From contig CAJINV010000002.1 of NCBI GenBank assembly GCA_905178155.1, positions 6,304,476 to 6,368,475 on the forward strand: a stretch of DNA of 64,000 nt, written 5' to 3'. The position numbers were made by a program, and so were the translations under genes. The notes below the pieces were generated by a model. The model made no database searches. It saw only the letters and a program-made list of their open reading frames with translations, and had not been told where the DNA came from. How positions within the stretch are numbered: the stretch's first letter is position 1; every line of letters starts with the position of its first letter. The stretch comes from Amoebophrya sp. A120 (lineage: Eukaryota > Protista > Dinoflagellata). Positions 41,175 to 53,200 of the stretch are shown in pieces.

Positions 41175-42599
41175 GCTGTTCTTCGTTTGCCAGAGTGATG
41201 TTGCGGACGAGATTGGGCGGTGTTGTGCCGATCTGGTTAGAGGACGCCGGAGGTCGTCGTGCGCGTTCTCGGCCGGGAGACGGTCTTAATCAACGGTGCT
41301 CTTTTCTTGAGAAATGATACTCGAGTCGCGTCTTTCGTAGGACTTTTTGATACCTTGTGCAGGTTGAGGTAAAAATACGCCAATAAAGTTCTTTTATCAT
41401 CGATCGAGTTGGACGACAAATGGTATTATCAAAAAGCGAGGTCGTTGGGAAATAATCTTTGCCGGTTCATGGGGTTGCACCTGTCCAGTTGAATACGCGA
41501 GCTTTTTCTTAGATACAACGACGGGGAATACTACTTTGTCTTAGAAATAGGGTTCAACGACGGGAAACTACTTTTGCAACGAACTGCAGACGCACCGACT
41601 CCATCACGCGACCGGCCAGCGCTGGCCAGGTCAAAACTTTGACACGCACCGAGATATTACGAAAAGCTGAAACACCGACGAAGGTATGTCAATTAACCGA
41701 GCTACCGCAACGATCAGCAGCACCGAATCTTCTTCAAGAACGATAATAACCACTTTGAGGAACGAGAAACACCGACATTGTGTGTCAAAATACCGAGCAC
41801 CATTGTGTGTCGAAATACGAGCGCGTATGCTTGCAGAGTAGATAAACCGAGGGAATCCGTCAAAGGTACATCGTAAAACTCGCCCGAGGGCGTCTTGCCG
41901 ACCGTTTGCGCGGACCCGGCGGCCAGAAACGATGGTAGCGGAAACGCGAGAACAACCGATGGTAGGACGCGCACGAAACCGAGATGAGAAAGCAGTGACA
42001 CAGACAGCAGATTCGCGCACTGTACCTTATGAGGCGCGCATGCATCGCGCGGCGTGGAGCTTTCGCGCGCCGCCGTTCCTCGGGTTTACATGCCTTGCCG
42101 CGCGCACCGCAAAGCGCACCCGGGGCCAGCCGATGAGAGGCGCGTCGAGTCCTGTGAACTGAGGCACAGCAACACGCGAGGCGCAGCGCGCCGCCACGAT
42201 TAGGGAAGGTTGGCCGGGAAATCAAAAACCAACCAGAGCAAACACGCATCTCGAACAAAAGGTCTCTCCTGCTGCCCATCGAGGTTGGGCTCGGCGCCCG
42301 ATCTCGAAAGCCCGATCCAGAGATCGGATGAACAACACATGCCTAGTGGCAGGCTGTCCAGTGACGCCCGCCCGAGGGCAGGCACTTCTCGAAGCTTCAA
42401 AAGCGCGGGCCCGCGTGGCAGTGCAGGCATGGGCAGAAACCCCAAGAGGGGAAGGGGCATCGACCCCCGTACCGTACCTCGACAGGTGGCCCCAATGCAG
42501 CGCCCCAGCTAACAATAGCCCACCCCTGCGAACCCCTTTTCCGACTGGGCCGGGAGTGAGTAAATGAAACCTGGCGCACGCCGGACTTCCAGGCCCACA

Positions 42600-42998
42600 G
42601 AAATGGACGCATGTGGCAAGGATCGCGATTCTCATCCCATCTGTCAAGGCGGGTCGCGATTCTCAACCCATTTGCCAGGGCGGGTCGCGATTCGCAGCCC
42701 ATCTGCCACGGCGGATCGCGATTCGCAGCCTATTTGCCAATGCGGGTCGCATTATTCAACCCATATGCCAATGCGGGTCGCGATTCTCAGGCCATCTGCA
42801 GACGCGGGCTGCGATATCCAGCCCATTGACCAGTAAGGGTCGCAATTCTCAACCCATTGGCCTGCACAAGTTGCAACTTTCATCACATTTGGCAGAAAAA
42901 TTTGTGATTTCCAGCGCATTTGCTGTGATAAATTGCGATTTTTTGCGCATCAGCCAGCACAAATTGCAATTTTTTGCACAACCGCAAGCCACGATTGC
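42600..42998. repeat. 31-bp minisatellite, left part
   Basis: Tandem units like GCGGGTCGCGATTCTCAACCCATTTGCCAGG, degenerating towards 42998. Confidence 0.85.
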
Positions 42999-43458
42999 TG
43001 TTAAATAGCATCGAACTATCTTAGCAACGCACTAGGAACACGCTTCCCAGATGCGGCAGAACCACCAGACGACCTTCGTCCGGAACTCGAGATAGTAGAA
43101 CCAACCTAAAGAGCACCCCAGTGCAGTCACATTGTGCATGAAGTTCTTCCTTGTGTGCCAGCATGCGGACATCCACGAGCTACGACCTGAGTACGATCTT
43201 ACCACACGGAGTTCTCTCTTGTGCCTTCCGATTCTCTCCCCCCACTCCTGGCATACGACTACGACCCTAGAAGGCTAAGTACGACGCGACTGGCTTAACG
43301 CTGTAAAATCTACGATCTACTTACAGGCGCAGGCATCACAGTTTGCGGCGCTGGTGGTGTGCACCCCACCAACACCACAATTGTTTCTACTTACAGGCGC
43401 AGGCATCACAGTTTGTGGCGCTGGTGGTGTGCACCCCACCAACACCACAATTGTTACA
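42999..43458 (-). repeat. 3' LTR (about 460 bp) with an internal tandem duplication of about 70 bp
   Basis: TG...CA termini, adjacent PPT, identity with 48452-48599. Confidence 0.8.
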
Positions 43459-44537
43459 CCCCCCTTCTCAAAAATAAGTTTTTTGCGCTGGAGCAAAAAG
43501 GAAAAAGTAGTAAACCTATTGTCGTATGGGCCAGGAGCGGAAGAGACGTTTTCTTTGTGTCCCCGAAATAGGTGCCCTGGCACCTGCTTGTGTCCTCGTA
43601 CTTGGTGCCCTTGCACCCCGTGTCCTCGATAGCAGTATACTAGTTTTTTTTTGTCCTCGAAAAATTGACCACGAGATGGTGAAACCTATCACCACAAGAT
43701 AAAAACAGTTGACCTCGAAACGGTGACCACGAAACTAGCTTCCTTAGCGGGAAGAGATGCCGACAGACGAAGGTGTAAACTGTACACGGAGATAGAGTTT
43801 TTTTTGAAATTGTACACGACGATATTTTTTTGCTAGAAGACATCGAACCTAGAGAGTTTTGTACAAAAGAGCATGACAGATTGGAGAAAGTGCCTGAGTG
43901 CAAAGTCATGTAGAAGACCGAGAACCTCATGTGAAGAGTGCAATGCCAAAAGTACAAAGAAACGATAACGAAGTGCGAAACAGCATGGAAAACTTCATTT
44001 TTCTGGATTAGTTCTGAAAGGTACAAAACTCCTGTTCTCGCCGTGTCTGGAGGAGAACAGGAAGGAGAAATAAAGAAGAAGTAGTTCATTTTTCTGGAAC
44101 TTTTTCTACAAAATGAAAAAGGTCTTGCGGCAGTAGAAACGAGATTTAGATTACTTTTTCTGAAATCTTACATGAGGCGACGAAACGAAAGAGAAGGTTT
44201 TTATAGTGGTCGAGGACCTGGCTGGAAGGTGCTCTGTAAGCCTGAGAACGCGAGTTTCGCACTATGTCTGGTAGATATCATACAAAAATAAAACCGAAGT
44301 TGGAAGTTGAAAAATGCAACATGATTATATTTGAAAACCGATAGAGCTACAAGGTGCCGCGGGTTAAGCTGTCAGCTGCTTTTCGCGCGATTCAGGTCGC
44401 GCGAAGGGTTTTTTTTTTTACTAAAAATCTTACTTGAAGTTGAGCTCATAGTTGTGGAGCTTCCGCGGACACTCAACAGCCAAAAAGAGAAACAAAACCG
44501 CGACGGCCTCCCCGGCCGGCGGTTCGGGTTATAAAAT

Positions 44538-47500
44538 TCAACCGTCCCCCAGCATGCACAGCACCTCCGGCGGAAGCGCAAACTGCGCTTTGTGGTGCTG
44601 CAAAAACTCCCGAACCATCTCCAGGTTGCATTTTTCCACCTGCTTCGTCAATATATCGCTCGGGTTCGCCGCGCCCTTGATATGCCACAACAGCAAGTCG
44701 CCGTCCTGGATGAGCCGCGAAATAAAGTTGTAGTCCGCCCGCAAATTGCGTTCACTAGGTGCCCGGATCATGGTGCTGCTGCTGCTGCGGACGATGTTGT
44801 TGGAGTCGGTGCAGATCACCAGCGGCTGCACCGACAGGGTGAGGCCAGCGGAAACACAAATTCCGCGAAAGTACAAAAGCTCGCTGATGATCAGGCGGAT
44901 GGCAAGCAGTTCCGCACTTGTGGAACTGCTAAAAACTCTGGAAGGTTTGGAGCTGTAGTGCGTAATCATGTTGTAGACCAACTCTTGTTTCCCGTCCTCG
45001 CCCTGTCCCGCAGCAGCCTTCTCTTTGTTCAGCAAGCACACTAGCGCACCGAGCCGCGGCACCAGCGACGCGTCTACCAAGCCAAGAATTACATCTGGGG
45101 CTTGGGAAGTTGGTCGGATGTGTATGGCGTCGCCCGCGTGCTCCTTGACTTGCCCGATCAAGTCATTAACCTCCGCCACTAGCGCGCTGTACTCCTCTTC
45201 CTCCGCTTCGTCGTTCACCATGCCGGCGAGGATGCAAATGTTGGCCACAAAACTCACCTGGCATTTTGTGACCCACATAAGCTCCCCGATCGCCCTCCGC
45301 AGCGGCGATTTTCTCCTTCTGTTTGCGAAGAATTTCTGTACTTCGTCTTCGGTGATCGGGGACATGGTTCGGATGAAAGATTGTTGCCCGACTTCGAACG
45401 CCAACGCGCAGTCCGAATCCGCGCCCGCGACGATCTTCTCCCCCTCTTTCAGCTCGAAACCGTTTTTCTTTTTCTCCTCTGGCAGCAACTCGCCGTGCTT
45501 GGTGCATTTGATGGAGCGGCCGCAGAAATTGTCGCTGTCCCCCGGCTGCAGGCAGGTCCGGCTTCCTGGCGGGAACTGTTCGAAGACCTTTTCCAAACTT
45601 TCGTGTGCGCGCTGCGACCCGCCGTAGATGGTGTCATCCACGTGAACACCCAAAATCCCCTCTATTTCTTGCTCCTCGAGCAAGGGGTCGTCGATGCTGC
45701 TGCGCAGCAGCGGGTTTGCGTTTCTCCTCTCCTCGTCGCCACTTGGCTCCGCGGGCGTCTCCTCTGGCCCGGCTTCGGTTCCGGTGGTTCGTTTCTCGTC
45801 TGCCGCTGCTGGTTCTGCTTTCTCCTTGGGGAAGTACCACAAGCACGGGTCTTGCAGGTCCTGCCGCCACCCTGCTTCTTTCAAGCTCCTAAAAAGAACT
45901 TTTTGCCACGCTAAAGGGGCATCCGCAAGCCCGTACAAGCAGCGGCGAAGCTTTATGTACTTCGCCTGGAAGCCGAAAGCCGTGTTGCCTTGGATCGCGG
46001 TGGGGATCTCCAGCCAGACGGGGTCGAGCAAAAGGTCCCCGCGCAAAAAAGCCTGGCTGATGTCCGCGATGTTTGCCAGCTTGTTGAGCTTGCTAAGCCA
46101 GTGCAAAATCACCAGCAGGGAACTGTCGCAGAGGGTGTGGCAACGCTTCTCCAACTTCCCGCCCTCCAAGCGGGAATCCATGAAGCCCTTCGCGCACCAC
46201 CGCATCTTGGCCTTGACAAATTTCCCGGAATTGAACTTCAAAGTGAAGACGATCCGGCTCGCCACCACAGAGGCCCCGGCCGGCCTGTCGTCTTGCTGGC
46301 TGCCCATGTCGAAAACCCCAAGGGCCTGGATTCCCTTGACCTCCGCCGCCCTTGCTTCGTCCACCAGGTGCCACAGGCCGTATTTGTCTATCTGCGCCAT
46401 CGTCAGCTCGACGCTGCACCCGTTTGGCGTCACTGCTTCCCAGTTCACCTCCCGCGGCTGCTCGATTTTCAAAAACAAGTGAAGGTCTTCCCGCTGTGGC
46501 CTGTCCTGGCTCGGGTCGAAAACTTGGAACGGGGTTTGGTGCCCGAAGCGGAAGGCCTGGTCGTACCCGCGAAGAGTTGGTGGAACTTGGCAGCCCTTGC
46601 GAAACACCTTCGCTTCAACCACGTAAACATCACCCCCGAAGCCCGCCGCCGTCCCTGAAACCGGTCGCCCGTTTAGGATTTTGTTTATTTCCGCTACTAC
46701 CGGATCGCGAAAGGATGACTTGAAGACTGTTTGGCGGCCGCGCTGGGTGATCAGGTCCTGCAGGAAGTTTGTGTTGCTTTCGATGGCCCTCAGCTGGTTC
46801 TCCCAGTCCCCCGCCGTCCGTAGCACCGGATCGCGCTCCACCGGGTCCGCTTCGACCAAGAACAACTTGTCATCTTCCTCCTCCACCCGCGCTCGTTTCG
46901 TGCTGGTTTGCGCAACAAACGCTTGTGCCGCCTCGGTTAGTTCGCAGTTGTAAACTGGTCCGTTGGAGATGTTGAAGGTGGAAAAAGCCGCGCCGCGGTC
47001 ATCTATTTTTGTTTCCGGTGAAGATTTGTCGCGCGTGAAGAGCGCGTCGCAACTCGTCATCAGCAGTCTTCTGGCTTTGCTAGCTGGCTCCGCGGGAATG
47101 GGCGACCCAAAAATTTCCTCCTCGAGAAGGTCCTGCGCGCTTCTCTTCTGGCCGGCCGCCTCAGCTTGCTGCGGAACTGCTTCTGGTGGTGGTCGCGGAG
47201 GTTCGAGTGGTTGCACGGTAGACGCTGGCTTTGGCTTTGGCGGGCGGCCCCGCTTTCGTTCCTCCTTTATGATTTTGCGCGGCGGCTGGAACGTCGGTTC
47301 TGCCGCTGCTGCGACTGGTAGCTTGCTGTTGTTCCCGGAAGTTGTGGTCTTCTTTTCTTCGCCTGTCCCGACCGCCCCCGGTGCGGAAACTTGTTGCTTG
47401 CGGTCTTCAGGCGATGAAATTCCTGGAAGCGGGTGGAACTCAATGGGGGCGGTCATGTAGTCGGCCAAAGGTCTCCCGGGCTGAATCTCTTCTGCGCTCA

Positions 47501-48419
47501 TCACGAATTTCTTCACCTGGGCGGCCCGGTAGGGAAGAATTTTGTTGCTGCCTGAAGGCCTCACCAAAGCCTCGCCCTTGAGGGGATCCACCCCAACGCA
47601 CGTTCCGGTCTGTCTCCAGTGCGCCTTCCCCCCGTGCCAGTTCTCCGACTGTTTGCCGTGGGCCCGCAAAATGCGAACCGTGTCGCCCGGCCTTAGTTCG
47701 GAAATGTTCGTGATGGAGCGGCTCAGTTTGTATCCGCGGTTGAAACGGCGAACCCGACTCAACATCTCCTTCCACTGCACCTCGATCATCGCCTTTTTCT
47801 GCTCCTGCAAAGCCGACCCGAACTGTTGCAGGATGTAGCGCGACCCCCGGTCGTCGTTGCCCTCGCAGTGGCCGTGGGCGAGGTTGTTGGGGCTGTAGCA
47901 TGTACCATGCGCCCCCGGGCAGGAATTCAACAACTCCTCGCAGTAGTCCAAAAGCTTTTCCTTCAGCTCGAACTGGTCCGCGTCGACCTTCTTCGAGTTG
48001 TACACCGTGTCCGCGAAATCCGCAATAGCCTTGGAAACACCCCGCAGGCCGACAATCTGTTCCAAAAGCGCGATCTTGGTCCCCCCGGTCAGCAACAAAA
48101 TTTTGTTCAGACTTTTATTGAACTTCGCGTGCGCCCGTTCCTCCTTCCCGATCATGTGCGGCGACTTGAACGGGATGGGCAGGCCAATTATGTCACTCTC
48201 CAACAAGAACTCCTCCACTTCTGCATTGATCTGGTCCGTTTTCTCGTCGTAAATGAAGCAAGTGGGGAACCCCCCGGCGCGGCTCTTGAAGCGGTGCAGA
48301 GCGGCCGGAACCTGCGGCGGTGGCTTTGCGGAATTCGCGCCCGTCTTCTCCGGCAAGTGGTGGTCGATCAGGTGCAAGACCCGCTTCTGTGCACCGAAAT
48401 CGAACATGTGATAGACCAC
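44538..48419 (-). CDS. pol: Copia-type Pol fragment: integrase core, reverse transcriptase, RNase H
   Basis: Integrase-like PFKSPHMIGKEER; RT motifs KAKMRWCAKGF, DISQAFL, LYGLADAPLAW, DPCLW, HVDD; RNase H motifs SAELLA, TDS, NPSDILTK. Integrase-before-RT order is copia-type. Confidence 0.92.
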   Translation of the reverse strand: MVYHMFDFGAQKRVLHLIDHHLPEKTGANSAKPPPQVPAALHRFKSRAGGFPTCFIYDEKTDQINAEVEEFLLESDIIGLPIPFKSPHMIGKEERAHAKFNKSLNKILLLTGGTKIALLEQIVGLRGVSKAIADFADTVYNSKKVDADQFELKEKLLDYCEELLNSCPGAHGTCYSPNNLAHGHCEGNDDRGSRYILQQFGSALQEQKKAMIEVQWKEMLSRVRRFNRGYKLSRSITNISELRPGDTVRILRAHGKQSENWHGGKAHWRQTGTCVGVDPLKGEALVRPSGSNKILPYRAAQVKKFVMSAEEIQPGRPLADYMTAPIEFHPLPGISSPEDRKQQVSAPGAVGTGEEKKTTTSGNNSKLPVAAAAEPTFQPPRKIIKEERKRGRPPKPKPASTVQPLEPPRPPPEAVPQQAEAAGQKRSAQDLLEEEIFGSPIPAEPASKARRLLMTSCDALFTRDKSSPETKIDDRGAAFSTFNISNGPVYNCELTEAAQAFVAQTSTKRARVEEEDDKLFLVEADPVERDPVLRTAGDWENQLRAIESNTNFLQDLITQRGRQTVFKSSFRDPVVAEINKILNGRPVSGTAAGFGGDVYVVEAKVFRKGCQVPPTLRGYDQAFRFGHQTPFQVFDPSQDRPQREDLHLFLKIEQPREVNWEAVTPNGCSVELTMAQIDKYGLWHLVDEARAAEVKGIQALGVFDMGSQQDDRPAGASVVASRIVFTLKFNSGKFVKAKMRWCAKGFMDSRLEGGKLEKRCHTLCDSSLLVILHWLSKLNKLANIADISQAFLRGDLLLDPVWLEIPTAIQGNTAFGFQAKYIKLRRCLYGLADAPLAWQKVLFRSLKEAGWRQDLQDPCLWYFPKEKAEPAAADEKRTTGTEAGPEETPAEPSGDEERRNANPLLRSSIDDPLLEEQEIEGILGVHVDDTIYGGSQRAHESLEKVFEQFPPGSRTCLQPGDSDNFCGRSIKCTKHGELLPEEKKKNGFELKEGEKIVAGADSDCALAFEVGQQSFIRTMSPITEDEVQKFFANRRRKSPLRRAIGELMWVTKCQVSFVANICILAGMVNDEAEEEEYSALVAEVNDLIGQVKEHAGDAIHIRPTSQAPDVILGLVDASLVPRLGALVCLLNKEKAAAGQGEDGKQELVYNMITHYSSKPSRVFSSSTSAELLAIRLIISELLYFRGICVSAGLTLSVQPLVICTDSNNIVRSSSSTMIRAPSERNLRADYNFISRLIQDGDLLLWHIKGAANPSDILTKQVEKCNLEMVREFLQHHKAQFALPPEVLCMLGDG

Positions 48420-48451
48420 CCCAAGGGCGGTGCTAACGGCGTCGCCCCCGA

Positions 48452-48645
48452 CTAGAAGGCTAAGTACGACGCGACTGGCTTAACGCTGTAAAATCTACGA
48501 TCTACTTACAGGCGCAGGCATCACAGTTTGTGGCGCTGGTGGGGTGGCATCACAGTTTGTGGCGCTGGTGGTGTGCACCCCACCAACACCACAATTGTTA
48601 ACAATTGTGGTGTTGGTGGGGTGCACACCACCACCACAATTGTTA
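48452..48645 (-). repeat. Truncated, rearranged 5' LTR containing a perfect 68-bp palindrome (48566-48633)
   Basis: CTAGAAGGCTAAGTACGACGCGACTGG... identical to 43267 onward; 34-bp arms centred on TGTT|AACA. Confidence 0.8.
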
Positions 48646-48650
48646 ATTGC

Positions 48651-49290
48651 AACTTTTCTTTCTCCGGTGCCCGCATCTGAACTCTGGTGGCGGCACGATT
48701 GATGATTTTTTGCGCATCTGTCGGCGCAGATCGGAATTTTTTGCACATCTCCTGGCGTGGATCGCAATTTTTTGCGCATCTACCGGTGTGGATCGCAATT
48801 TTTAGCACATCCACCGGCGCGGATTGCAATTTTTTGCACATCTTCCGGTGGAAATCGCAACTCTTTGCCCATTTGCCGGCGCAAAGCGCGTTTTTTTGCG
48901 CCCCACGTGGATCACAATTTTTCACAAAGCGCGATTTTTTGCAGGCGTGGATCACAATTTTTACCGCATCTACCGGCACGGAGCACAATTTTTTGTGCAT
49001 CTGATGGCATGGATCGTGATTCTCTGCGCATTTGCCGGCGTGAAGCGCGATTTTTGGCGCATCTGCCGGCAGGGAGCGCGATTTTTGGCGCATCTGCCAG
49101 CACGGATTGCGATGCATTCCGCACATGCCGGCGCGGATCGCGATTTGTTGCGCACCTGCCGGCGCGGATCGCGATTTGTTCCGCACCTGCCGGCGCAGAT
49201 CGCGATTTGTTGCGCACCTGCCGGCGCGGATCGCGATTCTTCTCTCTCCGGTGCCCGCGCCCGGTCTCCGGTGCCCGCGCCCGGTCTCCG
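48651..49290. repeat. 31-bp minisatellite, right part, followed by short CCGGTGCCCGCG repeats
   Basis: Tandem units like GCGCGGATCGCGATTTGTTGCGCACCTGCCG, same orientation and period as 42600-42998. Confidence 0.85.
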
Positions 49291-50214
49291 GTGGCGGTTT
49301 TACGGGCAGGCGCAGATGACGGCGCCCGGCCTGCTGAAATCGCTGCGCCCGGTGCCAATCGGTTGGCGCGGGAGGCCCCGGGCTTGCGAGAAGATGCTTC
49401 TCGGGCGCGCCTCTCGGGCGCCGCGAGAAAATAGCGCTGTGACTCTGTGCGGGAGAGGAAATGCCCGGCGGTTAGCAAAATGAACAAGAGAGCCTTGATT
49501 GCACAATCAGCAAGGCATGCATCAGCAAGGCATGAGAGCCCTCAGTCGGCACTTCTGCGAGTGGGAAAGCTTTAGAATTTCACACACCGGCCTCGTCTCG
49601 CGGAAGCGGATGTGGTGGCCCAACTAGCAGTGGATCCGCCGTGCCGCTCCGCAAGATAAATCCGGAGATGTCTTCTCCTCTGTGCTATAGTCGTCCCCGT
49701 CGTCGTTCGTCCGTGTCAGTGGATTTGATGTGGTATATGAAAAAGTGCATACTCCGGGCACCAGTGCCGTGAGTTTTCTGGTGGAGCTTTTGCTCGAGAA
49801 TACAGTTAACGCAAATGTATAAACATTCGTGGTCGGCTAGAAGTTTCCATATCGTAATCGTTCTTTGAAAATGTTTGGAAATAGTCGTGCCTGTCGTTGC
49901 CTGTCGTTCGTCCATTTCCCGTGAAGGCTTTAGCTGTTATTGATGTTGCTACCATCCGTCCACGATCACATCAAAATCAAAATGATTCGTCTAGGACAAG
50001 CTCCTCGTCGACCGATGACTGTACGAAACATAACATGACATAAAACAAAGCAGCAAATAACAGCGAAATTCAGTTTGTTTGCACAAACTGCCCCGAACAT
50101 TACAAAACGCATTAGAAAAAATCGCTTCCAAAGCCTCCCGGGCGGCGGCAGGCACGAAGCTGCACGCGGATAAGAACAAACCTTCTTGCTCCTCTAAGAA
50201 TTAGAACTTAGAAA

Positions 50215-53200
50215 GTGATCTCCAGGCACATACTGCCAACAATCATGTTGTTGGTCCCGTCTCGTACCTCCCATGGGTCCCCTTTCCGGGTGGTACTTGG
50301 AGCTCGGGCGGCAGTGCTGTACTACTTTTCATCAACCACACAACATCAACTGGCCCAGGCGGTGTCGTCCGCCTTGCGCGCAAATACGCGAGTCCGGCGG
50401 GACAAAAGAAGCGGGCAAAAGGCGAAGAAAGCCGAGAAGGAGAAGAAGAAAAGAAAGCAGGCATCTCAAACTAGTACCGGAGCAGCGGAAGAATCAAACA
50501 TAAGCCCTTCTTCTTCTTCCTTCTCACAAGCGGGAACAGCAACAGAAGTTTCGAACCCACGATCTGTGCCGGCCTGCTGCACGTACAGCAACGACAATAC
50601 GGACGCGCGGGTCGCCCGCCCGGACCCGTTCGGGAGGGTTGAAGCGGTTCCGCCCATGCTGCGAAGTAGTGATTCCAATGCCAGCAGCACCCTGGGCGGA
50701 GGTGCTGCGGACGGCGCAGCGCTCGAGCCAGTACGACCGGGGTTCGTCCGGCTAGATCCCGAGGGCGGCGCCGGAAGCGGGACAAGCGGAGGACTTCCAA
50801 GCACCGGGCTTACCCAAAATGGTATGACCTTTTCCACTCGTGCGACCACTACGGCTACCCGAGTTCTTCGCGATCAAGTGCACCGCTTCGACGCCTTCCG
50901 CGACCAGCGCCTGTCCCCGTTGTCCCCCAAGTTCCACCCCGCGGGCGAGTCCAAGGTCGTGACAAGCGACACGAACCCCAAGGTGTTTGACTTGGTGCCG
51001 AACCAGCTGCGCGTCTCCTTCCTGTCCCCGGAATTGCTCCGCGTGCAGTACGACAACAGCAAAGACGGGTCCAGCTTTCACGACTGGAAAACGCACGCCA
51101 TCGTGAATCGGGATTTTTCGGACTTTTTCGAGGAAGACGTGGATTCGCAAAACTGGAAGCTCACCGTCGTGGAACGGCCCGGAGGTGAAAATGCGGTGGT
51201 TGGCGTCGCGGTGGTGGGCGGCGCTGCAGCTGCTACGGGGCTGTGGAAGCTGGAGTCGAAAAAAGTCCGGTTCCATTACGACGCGTCTTTGTTCAAAGAC
51301 GGGGACTGGACCAGCGGGCTGATCGCGTTCGAGCGTTTGGACCGGGACGTTTCCGATCCGAAAATCGACCTCGACCGCCCCTTCGATGGGTCGCTGTTTG
51401 GCACGACCAAGTCGGCGGAAAATTTCCCGATGGAGGGCGGGAAGAGGTACGCGCACCGCATGTTTCTCGACTGCCAGCGGGAGAAGGACATCTTGACCCG
51501 CGAGGGCCGGGAGGACGTGTTCGGTTGCGGCCAGGGCAACGGCCCGGGGTGCGAACCCATTCGCTCCATGCACTGCGTGTACGGCGTGCTGAATCGGCGG
51601 CACGGGATTGCGTTGCTGGACGACAGCGAGATGCCCATTTACAACGACGCACAAAACTGGAATCAGCACGCGTCACCGCCCGGCGATAACTTTTCCTCCG
51701 TACTCTTGAACGAGTACGCGCCGAACCAGTTTTCCAGCCTGCCCGGGAACAAGGACCTGTACTTCTTCGCGTTTGGCAAAGGAAAGCAGCTGATTGATAG
51801 CCAGACTGGGACGAGGAATGCTTTGTACAAATCCACCTACGAGAAGTCTCTCGCCGCGTTCCGCCATTTAACCGGGCCGCAACCGCTGGGGCCGCGCTAC
51901 ACCTTCGGGTACTGGCTGAGCTACTGGAAGTGGTGCACGATGCGGGACTACAAGGTGAAGGGGGGCGTGACGCGGCGGGATCCGCACAAGATCCCTTTCA
52001 ACGTGGAGGCTTTTGACAACGTGTTAGAAAACATGTTTAACACGCTGGGCATCCCGATTGACGTGTACGTGTTGGACATGCAGTGGATCGCGATCGATTG
52101 GAGTATCACCAGTCAGCGCGACAAGGGCGGCAGAGACGTCGGCATGACCACCACGCCCTCCTGGGGCGCGTTCAAGTACGACCGGCAGATGGGCGACCTG
52201 CCGGCGTGGCACCGCAAGTGGACGGACAACGATCTCGGCGGACTGCAGATCTCCTACAACATCCACCCCCACGTGGGCGTGATGGCGGCGGGGATCGAAC
52301 CCAAGGCGCAGTGGCACGAGGAAGCCGCGTACCTGCAAATCACGAGCAAGATCTGCCCCGACCGGCAGGACAAGGGCGGCTGCATGTGGGGGGAGTACGC
52401 GGAAAACGCGGAAATGTTGAACCTGATGGACGACGTGGCCATGCCGATCAAGAACCACTTCGTCGCCTGGTGGGACTTCCAGGCGGGCGATTATGAGGCG
52501 GTGAACCAGTACCCAGAAAAGTGCCGGAAGCAGGTCGACCGCTTGGGAAATTCGAAGCAAACTGTCTATCCCTGCGGGGAGTACGGCACGAAGAACTGGC
52601 ACCCGCTGCAGGCGATCAACCGCGTGACGTACGACGGGGCGATTCGGCGCCAGGAGTTCCGGCGCGGACTGCAGATGTCGCGGTTTTCCGGCTATGGGTC
52701 GCACCGCTACCCGATGGGGTTCGCGGGCGACCAGGCGAAGACCTGGGAGGCGCTGTCCTGGGCGCCCTACTGGACGGTGACGGCCAGCAACGCGGGCTAC
52801 GGCTACTGGAGCCACGACCTGATCTGCTGCGACTGGGGGGACCCGGACCGCTACCAGAGCTGGGAGAAGTACATGCGGTGGCTGCAGTTCGGCGCGCTGA
52901 CGCCCAACATGCGCACCCACGACAAGGGTGCGGGGGACCTGCAGGGTGTGGACATGGGCGCCCACATGCTCTTCTGGGACTACCCGGCGGTCTTGCTGCA
53001 GGCGAGCAAGCAGCTGGTGCTGTGGCGGTCCATGCTGATCCCGTACCTGTACCACGCCGCGTACCTCTGTTCCTACACCGGAATCAGCCTGATGCGACCG
53101 CTTTATTACAACTGGCCCGAATTGGAGGAGGCCTACGGCCCGGAGATGGTGCGGGAGGAGTGGGAAAGCCGCAACCCCTTCGCGTACATGCTGGGCGACG

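Larger units (their letters stand above)
42999..48645 (-). mobile_element. Ty1/copia LTR retrotransposon with a 5' deletion (gag, protease and PBS missing)
   Basis: 3' LTR 42999-43458 (TGT...ACA) next to polypurine tract GAGAAGGGGGG (43459-43469, minus strand); partial 5' LTR from 48452 matching 43267 onward; candidate TSD ATTGC (42994-42998, 48646-48650). Confidence 0.85.

Noticed and set aside
43267-43320. CTAG-initiated repeat as a Helitron end or spliced-leader relic
   Set aside because: Better explained as the LTR deletion breakpoint; no convincing hairpin and no match to the dinoflagellate spliced leader.
42600-49290. 31-bp periodic arrays as a CRISPR array
   Set aside because: Units are contiguous degenerate tandem repeats with no unique spacers, no cas genes and a eukaryotic context.
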